DNA of 64,000 nucleotides. It comes from Marsupella aquatica. Lineage: Eukaryota > Plantae > Marchantiophyta. The stretch spans positions 19,846,451 to 19,910,450 of the forward strand of contig OZ316894.1 in NCBI GenBank assembly GCA_973895155.1, in the 5' to 3' direction. A program made the translations under genes and the position numbers. A model generated the notes under the pieces. That model was not told the DNA's origin. It worked only from the letters and a program-made list of their open reading frames with translations, and searched no databases. Positions 25,085 to 38,700 of this stretch are shown here, in pieces. Positions within the stretch are counted from its first letter, which is position 1. Each line of letters starts with the position of its first letter.

Positions 25085-26390
25085 TGTAGGTATGAAGAGC
25101 GGGTGAGGGATCTATGTAGACATCAGTGACGATGCAAATTTGGATGGAAGATTTAGGTAACTCTCTTTGTTGTGTACAGTCAGGGCGTGTCATTGAAGCA
25201 CTGCCAAAGTCAATGTATTATGGCTTAATTAATTAAAAATGACAACTTGTCTCTAGGGACATCCACTTTTTCGACTTCAGTGATCCTTAGGGGGCACTTC
25301 CTCAGCCTTAACACACGCCCTAAATTGGACCACTGTCCGCGCTCAAAAGCATATTGGGATGCAGCAATGGCACTTTTGTCCGCAAAGTCCTATGCGGAGT
25401 CCCTGAGGTGGTACATGTGACTGTCGCTAATGTAATGAAGGCATGCTGGTGATTCATTGGTAACTTCTTCCTCTACCACTTGTCTGAGAAACTCTGTTCC
25501 CAACCTCTTCACAAACACCCGATTGTTTCTCAGATCATAATAATACGCTCATCCGCTGACCTTCATGCACATTTTGCTCGCAGATCCCCAGAAGCAGCAC
25601 GATGATATTGTAATAGTGTTGCCAACCCAGCTTATTCCTGATGACAACGAGGGCAAGATCTTGAGGGTCAGAATGATCATGAAGGAGGGTGTGTCCGACT
25701 TTGAGCCGGTCCATCTGTCCGATGAAGGCTCCACCATTTCCTGGATCCCTGGCGGCAGGAAGCTGACCTGCTCATAGCCGGGTTCACGTTTACCTACGAA
25801 CCCGACACCTACTAGGGACATGAGGTACAATTGATGGGTCGAGTTTTTGCAAATTGAAGTGTTGGGGCCTCCCTGGTCTCAGTGCTTTCTGCTGTCTTCT
25901 TGATGAATGGCCATTATTTAAGTATTTGTATTCAGTCTTTGCATTAGTTATTGATGCCGAATGCCTTCAATTTGTACAGGTTTCAGTTCCGTAAGAGACG
26001 GTCAATTCGACAAACTGGACGAGCTTGTTTGTGTGGAGAGTCATTTGGAGAGTTATTTGAGCAACATTTCGACCAAGTTCTACGGAGAGATCAGCCAGCA
26101 GATGTTGAAGCACGCTGACTTCCCCGGTAGCAACAACGGAACAGGATTGTTCAAACCATCGTAGGTCTCAAATTAGGGAGGTTTTCAATAGAATTGTGGC
26201 AAGCGAAGCGGCAAAGTTGGAATCAGCCAAAGTTGAAGTGATTGTAAATTCGTAACTAGTGTAACTACACTGCTAGTAATGTACCATAAGAGTTTTGCTC
26301 ATTCACGAACTACCGACTTTCTTTGGCTCAGTAGCAAGCCTAATTGTATAGCTTATGTCAACCCGGCGTACATAATTATGCGCTTCCTTT
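25085..26390 (+). pseudogene. Second, more diverged PRK pseudogene fragment (partial exon 2, exon 4, exon 5, 3' UTR)
   Basis: DPQKQHDDIVIVLPTQLIPDDNEGKILRVRMIMKEG... with an in-frame TAG at about 25775. The exon 5 homolog at about 25980-26237 has indels. Confidence 0.9.
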
Positions 26391-28838
26391 GTGATTCAAA
26401 ATTGAAATTTAAAAATCGAATTATTTGGACATTCCAGTTGTTGTCTTGACACAGATCCAGCAAAGCCTGTTACATGTTATGAAGACTAAGTGGGGATTGC
26501 AACTCAATATTTGCTACTGGCGATTGGTTTTTTCTAGGAATTTTAGTGGGATGTTCTGAGCTGGGAATGGGTGGCTAGCTGTGTTATTTTCCTGATTGAT
26601 TGGTATCTCTTGGTGCGGCACCCTGTATGGGACCTGTGCATATATGGGATGTGCAGAATTGCTCTCAGGTTGCGTGTAAATTGTGTTGTGAGGGGCATGT
26701 GGCTGAAATTGGTCGTCACAGTTCGAGACTTGAACTTGCTGCCCGGACGCTGAGATTTCGCTTTGTGATTGACACTACTCAATTAACAAGGACGCGGCAT
26801 ACGAAAATGAACTCACCAACAAACTGTCTACAGGCGTGAAGACCAACCTCGATCATGAATTTGACGTTTCCTTCGTACATAACCTCTACGCAAACAAAAG
26901 ATACCCCTAAAACTTTCCAACAATGATTACCGTTGAGCAATAAAGTTATATGGTCATCCACACCTCGAAATAATTTGACCAACATGAATAATCCAGGGTC
27001 CACAGTGGCTTGAATGGCCATTTTATTGGCATTGAATATGTGACTGCATCATCACCAATTCAGTTACTCTCCCTTGCGATTGTTCACATCACAACAGAAT
27101 AGGAAGATGGATCTCAATACTTCGCAAAGCTTGAGAAGTTAGAGTGACTTCGATAAACAGAAGCTATATTGACTGGCTGAATTGAGGCATTAGTTTTTGT
27201 TCAATTTACACTTTCCCGCAAGGGACCGGAACTTCTGAGACAATCAGTACGGTATGGACTAACAACAGTTCAAAGGTCCAGTTTAAAGGTCTTGCTCTGG
27301 GACAACACAAACAAACAAGTACGAACCAGGCAACCTCGTAATGTAATTTTTGGAATAAACTGAAACCAACAGTATGTTTTTCTGGGATATTTCTACTTAG
27401 TGTAAAGTATGTATCTAGTGTTAGGAAGTATGGCCCAGTCTTTCCGCCATTTCGTTTGCTGAAATATATGATCCAGGAAAATTCTTTGATGCTCGTTAAG
27501 AATCGCAGAATTGCGTGTTGCATTGCCTAAATTTAGCCGTTGCTAACAGTTAATGTTCAAGGGGGACCGAGATCCAACTCCAGGTACATAACTTTTTCAA
27601 CTAGAGTCTATCTCAAGGTCTGGTCACGACAAACAAGGTACCAGTTCCGTCAGCACGCAAAGGTAAATTGATTGATGAATGTGCTCTTCTAGACATTCTA
27701 TAGCCGAGAGATTAAAATCAGGCGGGTAGACTTGACAGCTAGCCTAAGAACTTAGAAGTACATAGTCCACCTTCTCTAGAAGTAGAACATTGTTGCTATA
27801 ATTGCTTAACTGGCTTGTCACGAGATGCAGGTTGGGCTTGATTACGAGCGATGTAGTCTCTTGGCTATGTCCGCCCTCTCTGTGACTTTTCGCTGTTGTT
27901 GTAGCTCATAAGGGAGTAGCTGCTTTTTGTCCAGTTGCTCTCCAGATATTGCTGACCGAATGAACAGATGCTATTGGGGATTTTTTAATCGTTCCAGTAC
28001 GAGGTGCGGATAAGATTTTGGACTGGCAATTCTGTCTTTGTTCTGGAAATTTTTGAACCATGTCATGAAAATCTTGGGTTTCGGATAGTACACGGTAGAA
28101 ATCTTCAAAGAATTAGCTGAAAGGAATGCTCGCATTCTGTGAATTCGCATGTAAATGACTCGTCCCGTGATGCCAGTGCCTCTTGTTTCTGTTTTGCCTC
28201 TTCTATGGTTGAAGACTGCAAGACTGAAAGGTGTCGAAATACAATTAAAGATGTTCAAATACTTGATTGAAACTAATAAAAAACACTGGAAGGAATGAAG
28301 CCGAAGCCCAGATGGACACAGACGTTTGACATGACGCCAGGTTGAACTGACAAAACCATCTCAGACATATTGAGAACATGAAATTAACTCTCGCACACTT
28401 ACACCTGAGAACAGTGCCATTTAACAAACAAACCTGAAATTTTACACATGAAGACATTTGAGTCTCTAACGTAACAGCGAGCGCCATACTGCTGATGATG
28501 TCCGGGGCACGGGTGCTTTGTGCCGTAAATAACTATTTTTTTTTGTTTGGTTTTTTTTTGGTTGTGCCATAAGTAACTTTAAAACTCATTCTATATAAGC
28601 TCTTGCATTGCACATGAATTCCAGACAATTCGATATTACAACTCAGGCGTACAGACATCTTTGAGGCGTACCGACATCTTTGACAACATCCTTGAAGGTC
28701 TGACCTACATCTATAGTCTTAAGAGTCCAAGCTTTTCAGTCGGAGACAAGTATCTCTCATGGCTCAAGCTGGCTGTCCATCACACAACTAATGCAAAAGT
28801 CGCGCCATTGAAATATCTATCCAACACAATCTCCACAG

Positions 28839-29217
28839 TTACAGGGTGTAGCCCAAGTATTCTACGCGGGTTACTCCCAGGTAGCCATCTGAATCATCCC
28901 TTAACGATTCGATTGATAGAGCCCATTCTGCATCTGCGCGAGCTCCTTCCGTGTCATTTAACAAGAATTTGACATAACCACGGTGCTTCAGCATTTCATA
29001 GTGTCTTTAGGTTTAAAGCTTCGTCCAAATCTGCCAGGGCACCCCTTAGATCTCCCATTATGTGCTTCAAGACGCCCCTCTCCTGCAAGACAAACGCCCT
29101 GTCGGCATCCGTCAAGTTGAATGCCTCGTTGGCATCGTCCAGTGCCCCTTGAAAGTCTCCAAGTTCTGCCTTGACAAAAATTCTCCTACTGCCATCACAA
29201 ATAGCACACTGAGTATG
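28839..29217 (-). pseudogene. TPR-repeat exon, copy 2 (frameshifted)
   Basis: Homologous to 58718-59101, with a deletion near 29000 giving a premature TGA. Confidence 0.65.
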
Positions 29218-29794
29218 CTGCAAATAGATCACACGAGTTGGATCTAAACCAGTTCCCCTATTCTTTGCAACTTTGGCTACCGCCACATTTCCGCCACATT
29301 TCAAGAATAGCTATGTTATTGATCCAATGCAGTGCGAAATGCGACTAGGAGTGGATGTCTCCAAATGTACCGTACATTTGTTGCATTTCTTTTGATAGAT
29401 CCTTCCTATCTGGCTAGAAAGTTGGAATTTTCCTGTGCCTTGGAATGTATTATGGAACCTCCAGAGATTCTAGTAGGTGACGAACTGGTAAGCGACCAAC
29501 ATCAAAACTCAAATGAGGACAAATGAATAGAGAAATATCTGGAATCCTGTCATCATCATCACAGATTAGTTCCTATCCGACTGAGCTTCTCAATCCAGCT
29601 ACTAAACCGGCACCTATGACAGGACAGTGTCTTACGGTATAGATATTTAGCTTTTCTCAAGGACGTCAAATTGAATCTTGGCGTTTGTACATCCCTTGCC
29701 CTTAGCTTTACTAGTCCCTACAGACTTATTTTCTTTTGACACTGTCCATTTAGTTCGATGAACAACTTCTTTGGTTCGTTTTGAATATGGATGT

Positions 29795-30374
29795 TTCTCT
29801 GGTATGCAACTCCAATTTTTATAGGCAAGTTTTTCATTCATTACAATGGCCTTATATCCAATTGATCAACTTGGATTTCATTTTAGTCTACTAAAGTACT
29901 CCTTTTTTATAAGGTAAGTTTTTTAATTCTTTATAATGATTTTATATCCAATTGACCATTTTAGATTTCATTTTAGTTTCCAAAAGTCTTGTAGCTCTGA
30001 CCTCAAAGAATACAAAAATGTAACTTAAAAAAAACCAAGCTTGTTTTGATGTACAAAAAATAGATCAAAACAAAATTATATAGGTTTTTTTTAATAAAAG
30101 GGTTTACGCCAAACAAGCTAGCTTTTTAGAATTTTTATTAAAAATTTTAATTTTTTTTAATAAAAATTATAACATGTATAGGAATATATTTTAATTTCAT
30201 ATGAAAAAAAGAAGAAAACCAAATTTTTTATGACTTGAAAATTTTTAAAAGTGGAAAATTTAAGTTTTTTCAAATTTTAATTATTTTGTATAGTCAATTT
30301 TTTAATCCATATAAAAATGTAAACCCGTTCTTTGTAGAGCCTTGTCTATTATATAAAAATTGCATACCGGGGAG
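29795..30374. mobile_element. AT-rich MITE-like insertion
   Basis: A very AT-rich block of about 580 bp that is absent at the equivalent site of copy 3 (about 59672). Imperfect inverted termini: ctctggtatgcaa ... ttgcataccgggag. Confidence 0.55.
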
Positions 30375-33300
30375 CTTTATATTTACACAATAAAGAGTTG
30401 TGGCGGATAAATAGAAGTGATAAATTCACATACCTTAATGTATAGGCATCAAGTTGTCTCGACAGCAAGCCTACTCGCTTAGCTATGGTCGGGTCTATCT
30501 TAAACAATGCTTGCGCTGCTGCATATAGAATATCCGGATGCACGTCATCTCCCACCAAGCTTGTAAGCCCTTCCAATAGACCTTCCGTTCTTCTGAGGAT
30601 CACTTTTGCCTCTGAAGATCGAGCTAGATTTAATGCCATTCTTGCTGCCTCCCTTTCCAAATCAAGGTTGTCACTTTTTGACAAACAATTCACCAGACCA
30701 ACCAGAAAACCCTTCTCACTCGTGACTCTCAGCTTCAGAGTATTATCCGTTGAACCCGCAAGATTTGCCAACGCCCGTGCTGCTTGTTTTTGTAAATCAC
30801 GGTGCTCATCCTGTGACAAGCAATTCACCAGGCCACCCAGAGACCCCTCCGCATCGGCAACTCTCAACTTCAGAGCATTATCGGATGAACCGGCAAGATT
30901 TGCCAACGCCGATGCTGCTTGTTTTTGTAAACCGTGGTGCTCATCCTGTGACAAGCAATTCGCCAGGCCAACCAGAGCCCCCTCCGCATCGGCAACTCTC
31001 AACTTCAGAGCATTATCGGATTGACCGGCAAGATTTGCCAACGCCCGTGCTGCCTGTCTTTGTAAATCACGGTGGTCATTTTGTGACAAACAATTCACCA
31101 GGCCAACCAGAGCCCCCTCCGCATCGGCAACTCTCAACTTCGGAGCATTATCCGATGAACAGGCAAGATTTGTCAACACCCATGCTGCTTGTTCTTGTAA
31201 ATCACGATGCTCATCCTGTGACAAGCAATTCACCAGGCCAACCAGAGCCCCCTCCGCATCGGCAACTCTCAACTTCAGAGTATCGGAGTGACAAGCAAGA
31301 GTTCCCAACGCCCGTGCTGCCTGGCCTTGTAAATCACGGTGGTCATTTTGTGACAAGCAATTCACCAGGCCAACCAGAGCCTCCGCATTGGCAACTCTCA
31401 AGTTCAGAGCATTATCGGATGAACGGGCAAGATTTGCTAACGCCCCTGCTGCTTGTTCTTGTAAATCACGGTGGTCATTTTGTGACAAATAGTTCGCCAG
31501 GCCAACCAGACCCCCTCCGCATTGGCAACTCTTAGCACAAGAGCATTATCGGTCGAACTAGCAAGATTTGCCAACGCCCCTGCTGCTACTTCTTGTGAAT
31601 CAGGGTTCTCATCCTGTGACAAGCAATTCACCAGGCCAACCAGAGCCCCTTTCTCATTGGCGAGCCTGAACAATAGAGCATCATCGCCCGTAGATGCAAG
31701 ATTTGCCAAAGCGTGTGCCGCGTAAAGTTGTAGGGTAGGCTTGGATTGCTGACACAAGCAATTCACAAGACTGGTGAGTAGGCCCTCCTTGTTGACAATT
31801 ACTCGTTGAATCTGAATTTCTTGCGAGAATGCTAAGCCACTCAATGAATTAGCCGCATTTTCTGCAAATGCATCCGATTCCCAATCGGGGAGGGTGAGTG
31901 AGTGTAGTAGCACGTCCAAAACACCCGAAGTGTTTCCAACCAGGATTGCTGAGTTGTCATATGAAGCCTTCCAACAAACAAGACACAATGTTTTGGAGGC
32001 CGCCTCTTGGACACTACTCTGGAAACCCTCCTTTAAATTCAAAAGGTCAACTACAGTCTGCAGAAAGGTGACTGTATGTTCGTTGAGCAGTGGCGTATCT
32101 TCTATGGACGAAATGTGCATAATAAACGCGAGGGTGGCCAACTGTACGGAAGGACAAGCACCGCAGGTAAGTGATGTTGTCGTTATCTAGGCGGCAGTTG
32201 CATATGAAGTTGAGAAGGACCTGTAATAAAAGAAAGGGAATCACAATGCCGAGGAATTAAATTCAATGACAATTATAGATCAGAACTGTCATATGATTGT
32301 TTTCTTTTGAAAATTAATTCCCTCAAATAGAAAGAAGGCAGAGAAAACGTATCGAAGAGACAGCTTTCGGACTACTCTAAAAATCATGCTTTTATTAAGA
32401 CTCTCGTACAGTTTCGTATATAAAATGTAGCATGTACGTCTGGCTATTTAACAATATTTGTATACACAAGACGCCCAGGTTCTACTAAGGAAATCAAACG
32501 CCTGAATTTCATTGAAAAAGTCGAATTTGTATCTTTTCCAGAATGATAATGGTCATATTGATTTCCGCAAGAGTTACCTACTTCGTACGAAGAATAGCTG
32601 AAGAATACATATGAAGTCTGACTCAATCTGTCACGCACTTGGGTCCATTATGAACATGTGAACTGCTAGATTCTGTGAGAGGAAGTACTAGAATTATTGA
32701 CATGATTCTCTTCAATCAGAAATGTTCCAGTCGACTTCAAGAGATCTCTAGAACTACTCGATTTATATTAATATTATACTGTAGAGAGAGTAACATTTAG
32801 AGGGAAGCACATCTTCAAGGGTGGCAGGAGAAATACCTTTCTGACACGCCACTTGTCCATTTCCGTCCATTGCCCCTCCTCTTCAGACTTGTCCAAGAGC
32901 CATATCAATGGCTCGATAGCTTTCCTCCTTAGATCCTTTATGGTATCATCAGAATCTACAAGATTGGCTATTTCGGAAGCCTTTGTCATGGCCCGCCTCA
33001 CAACTGGATCTGTGTGACAGCCATCAAAGTATAGAGCGCAAAGAGTGATTCTCACTCTCACTCTCACCTCGTCACTCTCTACTATTTCTATTTCATTACC
33101 TACTAATTCCGTTTCAGGAGCCTGATGCTTGATGTGATGCTTGACCCAGGTGAAAAACTGTCATCACCAAACAATGCCCCAATCACATCCCTGACTTCCT
33201 GTTTGCCCACTACATGCCGTTCCATATAAAGTTTCACCAGAGACTGTAGGGACCACGCGGGAGTGTCCTCCTCATTTTCTTCCTTGCCCACATTCATCTT

Positions 33301-34930
33301 GGATGCCAATGTATCAGCTTTACGCTTCAATAGTTCTCTCATCCATAATTCATCTGTTGACCTTGTGAATGAAGAGCCTGACATGTTCTTCATACCAGCA
33401 CAAAAAAGTCGAAGAACCTCTTCGGGAACAGATTCTGCTTTACATGCATACATCAAGAAGAGTATCCGCTTGGCATCCCTGGTTTCGAGAGATTCTAGAC
33501 AAAGCTTCATAGCCCCCCACAGGCTTCTAGGTGTAGCAGTCTCATCGTCTAACACGATAGTCGTAGCTTTAGAGTCTAGTAACTCAGATAATTCCTTCCA
33601 AGCATCTCGCCAAGCCCTTTTATTCTTCTTATCTGCCTTGTAGGAAAAGGTACTGGCCAAACAGGCCAAAGCTAAAGGATTTCCATCAGTTGCTTGGATC
33701 ATTTTATCTGCATACTCCTGCATTGAGACAATTTAAGAAGAAACACGATTTTTTATACCAGTTAGTCGCTAAGGAGAGTGACGACTAAAAGAACAATTAC
33801 GTCAATCACAAATAATTATGCGACTACAATATAAGATTTGCTTTGAGGGCAACTGACCTGTATGTTGTCAGGAAATTTGTTACTCTCCAGCCCCACAAGG
33901 GAGGCAAGGATGTTTCTCGCTTCCTCTTTGGAAGCTTCGTCCATCGTAATAAGCACAGAGGCATCTTTAAAGTCTTCACATAAATTAGACCTCTGGGAAG
34001 TGATGAGAATCTTATCATCTTTGCCGTCTCTGGCAGCCTTCCACATTTCATACACAAACTGCTTATCGGAAACGCCATCTAGGATCATCAAAATCTTCTG
34101 GCCAGCAAAAACATTGTGGAGAGCGTTGGCGATTCTAGATTTTGAGCCAACATTCTCCCCAGATTTTGACATGTTTTCCACGGCTAAACTAGCGGGAGAA
34201 AGGTGCTCCAAGATTTCATACTGCTTGGTGGCAAGATTAGATATGGAACTATTGCCACACGACACAAATAGTACATGATCAAACACGTTGCTTTTTTCTC
34301 CAAATTGCCCATAGCGCTCACAGATATATCTGGCTAGGGTGGACTTGCCTTTACCTACGCCACCATGTAATAATATCATGCGAGCCCCGCTCTGAGAATC
34401 TTCAATTGCGTTAATGACCGCAGACTGTGTCTTTTCTATCGGAACGTACTTGTTACTGTTATTGTGGATAACTGTAGGCATGGCTCGATTCTTGCCTTCT
34501 TCTCGCATGAGACCAGAGAATTCCCCTTCGTCCTTGATTTTTTTGAGATACTTTCAAGGTCTTGGATTACCATCTGAAATGTCTTTTCTAACTTTTCTGG
34601 GAAGAGTGTCAAGTTCACTTTCGCATAAAACCACCAGAATTGGGAACAGCACTGGTTATCGTCCACGCTTTTCTCCAACTTTTTTAATCTTGCTTCTGCC
34701 CTCTTCAGTGCCAATTCGGCTTTCTTTAATGTCTTCATCATAGTGCTCTCCACAGGTTGCTGATGGATGCGGACTTGCTTCTCATAGAAAGAAAGCTTTG
34801 ACCGGAGTATCGTCGCTTCACTTTGATACTCGACTGACACAGTGAACCAGTCTTCTTTGAAATTCTCAATCTTTGACACAATGTCACGAATTGAACCGCA
34901 TACAGTAACGACTTCCTTCACTGCGTCCAT
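30349..34930 (-). pseudogene. NLR-like NB-ARC-ARM gene, copy 2 (exons 34930-33858, 33717-32837, 32220-about 30434), multiply frameshifted
   Basis: Same motifs and introns as copy 1. Frame disruptions occur at about 34540, about 33110, about 32162 (short deletion) and about 31510 (1-bp deletion). It retains the C-terminal capping repeats. Confidence 0.85.
30680..31720. repeat. 135-bp ARM tandem array, copy 2 (about 7 units, two shortened by 3 bp)
   Basis: 'caattcaccaggccaaccagag' recurs at about 135-bp spacing. Confidence 0.9.
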
Positions 34931-35710
34931 TGACTCTGTACGACACGGTAGGCGATGGAAAGACATTAGCAATTACCAAAGTATAAAACAAAGCTAGGTG
35001 AAGCTCGCAATGAACGTAGTGGCTTGCTACTAACTGTACGTATGCCTGCGAGGCCACTGTATCCGTATAGCCATACCCAAATCGATTTCGCTACTACCAA
35101 GGACATCAAAGAAGCATTGCAGAGATTAAGTATAATTGCTTGATGGAATGACTTTACCCGCGTAATCAGTTCTTCCTCCGAGTTTTATGTCTTCAAAATC
35201 GGGACAACGCTGCCTCCTCACGATTCAGGACTTCTTTCGGAAGAACCGATTAACCACTTACTAGTTGGACAAAACCTCTCCTCACCACTTCCGACTCGAC
35301 ATTGTGAAATGCTCAGCTGTTCAGCAAAAGATTTAGTCAACAGTTACTCCCACCAAGCGTTTTCAAGAGAGTTCAATATTAAAATTTGTTGCATGTTTAC
35401 AGAAGGGAGATCATAAGCATGACCAAGATGATGCTGAGCAGGATCGTTTAGTTGCGGGACCTTCAATGTGAATTTTGAAAGCTAGTGCGGCACTACTGTA
35501 GCACTGGAGGAGCGTACATCAAGTATTGAACGTCCAGATGTCGGCATCGAAAATAGTTGAGGGAAAACGAGTGAAAAGCTTAAGAAAGGTGGGTCCACAT
35601 CTGCTTGTAGGTGGGCAACCTCAGCGTACAGCGCTAAATTATGCATCCTCAGTCATGAACAGGGACGAGTCCACGTGATTCTCGTGGTGGGCCATTCACG
35701 ACTTCTTTCT

Positions 35711-38700
35711 TTTTTTTGTCTTGAAAGAACCAATTGAATTCCATTCAAAAAGTAAACATACAAAAAGGGGGGCCCAAAAGGCACCAACCCAAAGGACCAA
35801 AGGTCGAAGCGCTAAGACCGGGGAGGCCGGTACCAGGGAAGAAGCTGGCCCCCAAAAGGAAGGCGCCTAAACAAGTAATTTAGAGACTACAGCCAGAGCA
35901 GCAAACTCCTAAAGACTGGCCAGTGACTGGCCAGTGATCAGGTTCCGGCGGGGTTCCTTCCAGTGGGTCCGTGAGAGAGCAAGAGCTCAATCAGTCAGTC
36001 TGCAGTGCAACTTCCAAACCTGAGATAAGATTCTGATTCACGGGGGACGTGGAGGGACAGGTGGAACTTGGAGAGCTTCATCGTGGATCTCCCACAGGCC
36101 TACCCAGGTGCCGTAGTTAAAGGACATCTCATTTCGGGCCTCTCTTGGGGTGGTCTTGCCAGCCCTAATGCGGACTCTGTGTCGTGCCCAGTCCTTTCGG
36201 AGGTAAATTCCGAGTCGATGCCAGGATTTCCGAATAACCCCCTGTGGGTTAGGTCTGATGTGTTCAAAAAAATGTGTGCTTCTGTCCTTCCACACATTCC
36301 AACAAATGATAGCCCGTAGGGTATGCCAAAGCTTTACCGGTGTATCCCACTCATCAGGAAGTGGCACTCCAACAAAAATGTGTGCGGGCTGAAGGCGAAT
36401 TGAGTTGCCCGGGCTAGAGAATGCACAAAGCTGGAGAACACATTCCACCCATCTCCAAATGATCTGAGACTGATGACAACTCCATATGCAGTGAAGTATG
36501 TCTTCCTGTTGATCCAGTCCACACCGGGTGCACCAAGTGCTGGAATCGGAGGGTGGTAGCCGCGGAAATCTCCAATGTTGTGTTGCCGGGATCCTGTAAA
36601 TCAACTGGCACAAGTAGCAATTTTCACTAGCAGCCCGAAAAGGTAGCCAAGTATCAGCCCATAGCGTAAGTGGATCCGGTCTCCAGTTCAAGCTGATGGC
36701 CCATTTCTGCACCGCTTTGTGAAGGGATCCAGAAGTTGTACCTTGAATTTCCCTCAGATGTGCAGTGTGGGTGTCCAGAAAGGGAAGCCCATCTTTCCAC
36801 TCATATTGTAGCAGGGGTGAAAGGGATCCCAGAGGTCTGCCAATCCGCTGCTTGAGAATGGGAGCTCTACCGTGTGATCTCACCAGAACCCGGTGTAGAA
36901 CGGTATCGATCGGGGGAGTTGAGTTGACTGATTTGTAGAGGAGTCCATTTGCCACCTTGAAGGTCTGCCGTGGATGTGAAGTATCATTAAATCTCTGCCA
37001 TTGGGTTGTGACCCGATTCCGCTGTATTTGGTATTCCCAAATGAACAGAGTTCCACAGGGCATGATGGCTTCCATAAAGATAGGAACGAGTTGCTCAGGC
37101 TCGCCATGTAGTTCTGGTACACTCCTGAGGTTGGCAATAAGCTTGCGGTAGGCACGGGCGCAATTCCCTGGGAGTATCAAATTCGGGCCTGTCTCCCATT
37201 CGATGAAACTTCCCTGTACATCAAGGACATCCTGCATGGAAATAAATCCTGCCCTCCTGATTTTCCTCTGTGGATTGCTACGGCATTTGGCTGCATTAGC
37301 ATGGACGTGATTGATGTGGGGGTCCAAAGAGGAAGATCACGCCATCCTTCTAAATGAGCAGGGGGTGTGGGACGGAGGTTCTTCTTGATGACGTTCCACC
37401 CTGTACAAACATTGGTCCAAACCTTCGAACCATTGTGTGGCAATGTGTGGCAGTGTGAGAATACCCACGAGAAGTCCTCCCCTCCCCATTTCTGCTTAGA
37501 GAGTTGTTTAATCTCGTGCTGTAGAATTCGACGCAGTGGGTGATCTCCTTCGGCCAGTGCCCAAGTGATGAAATTGCCTGCCAATGCCCTGAATTGCGCC
37601 ACCAATGAGATAAGTCCTAGTCCCCCCAGCCGCTTCGGTCGAGTGATAGTAGCAAAGGCAACCCTCGATCGGGCCTTCTCGTTCTGCCCTGCCCACACGA
37701 AGGCAGTGATTTTCTTCTGAAGTGTAGCCAGGGTGTGCAGCTGCCCAGTCCAGACCGTGAGCATAAACCAAAGAGTGCTCATGACTAAATGGTTAGCGAC
37801 CGTGACACGAGCAATAAGGGACCCCGAACTCCGACGGACCTTGTCTAGTCTGGATTCAAGCTTCTCCGCTAAGGAAAGCACCATTTGTTCTTCAGAGATA
37901 CTCTGTGCCACGGGAATTCCTAAGAGCTTAGTGGCGGTGGCTTTGGTCTCCCAACTCCAGGGCAAACGCCTGAATTGAATCGGGAGTCTGCGTGGGGAAA
38001 TAAATGCTGCTTGCGTTTTCTCCCAGATGCAAACGAGTCCGGATGCTGAGCCAAAACGGTCCAAGATCTGCTTACAATTGTCAACATTCTCCATGAAAGC
38101 GCGAATGAGCATAGCCAAGTCGTCTGCATATAAATTGTGCACATTGTGTACGCGTACAGGTTGAATGTCGACACCCTGAATGGTCCCCCTATCGACCGCC
38201 CATTGTATCATCCTGCTAAGGGCATCAATTGCAATAAGGAACAAAAGAGGTGATAGGGGGCATCCTGTCTGACCGATCGGGCTAGACCAAAGGGTGAAGC
38301 CATTCTCCCATTGAGAAGTACTGCCGAGGATGCTGAGGCATGAGTAGCTCCCAAAAATTTCATGAGTAGCCCGTCGAAGCCAACTTTCCCCATGAGAGCC
38401 ATCAAGAAAGGCCATTCAAGTTTGTCGAAAGCCTTGGTTACGTCTAATTTCATCAGAATGTAATCCAGGCCAGAGACGTGAGCATGGTGTAACATTTCGT
38501 TGAGTAGCATCAAGGAATGGTGAATATTCCGACCTGGTAGAAAGGCAAATTGCTGTGGTGAGATGAACCTTTGTAGGACTGGAATCAGACGTAGCTGAAA
38601 GGCCTTCGCGCCAATCTTGTAAACCACATTCAGCAAAGTAATGGGCCTTTTGTTGGTCAAGTACCGCTGATCATCCTTCTTCTGTAGGAGTACAATGAAT

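Noticed and set aside
25176-25424. Possible small TIR element (acagtca...tgactgt) in the PRK pseudogene intron
   Set aside because: The inverted match is only 7 bp and there is no clear TSD, so it cannot be separated from chance.
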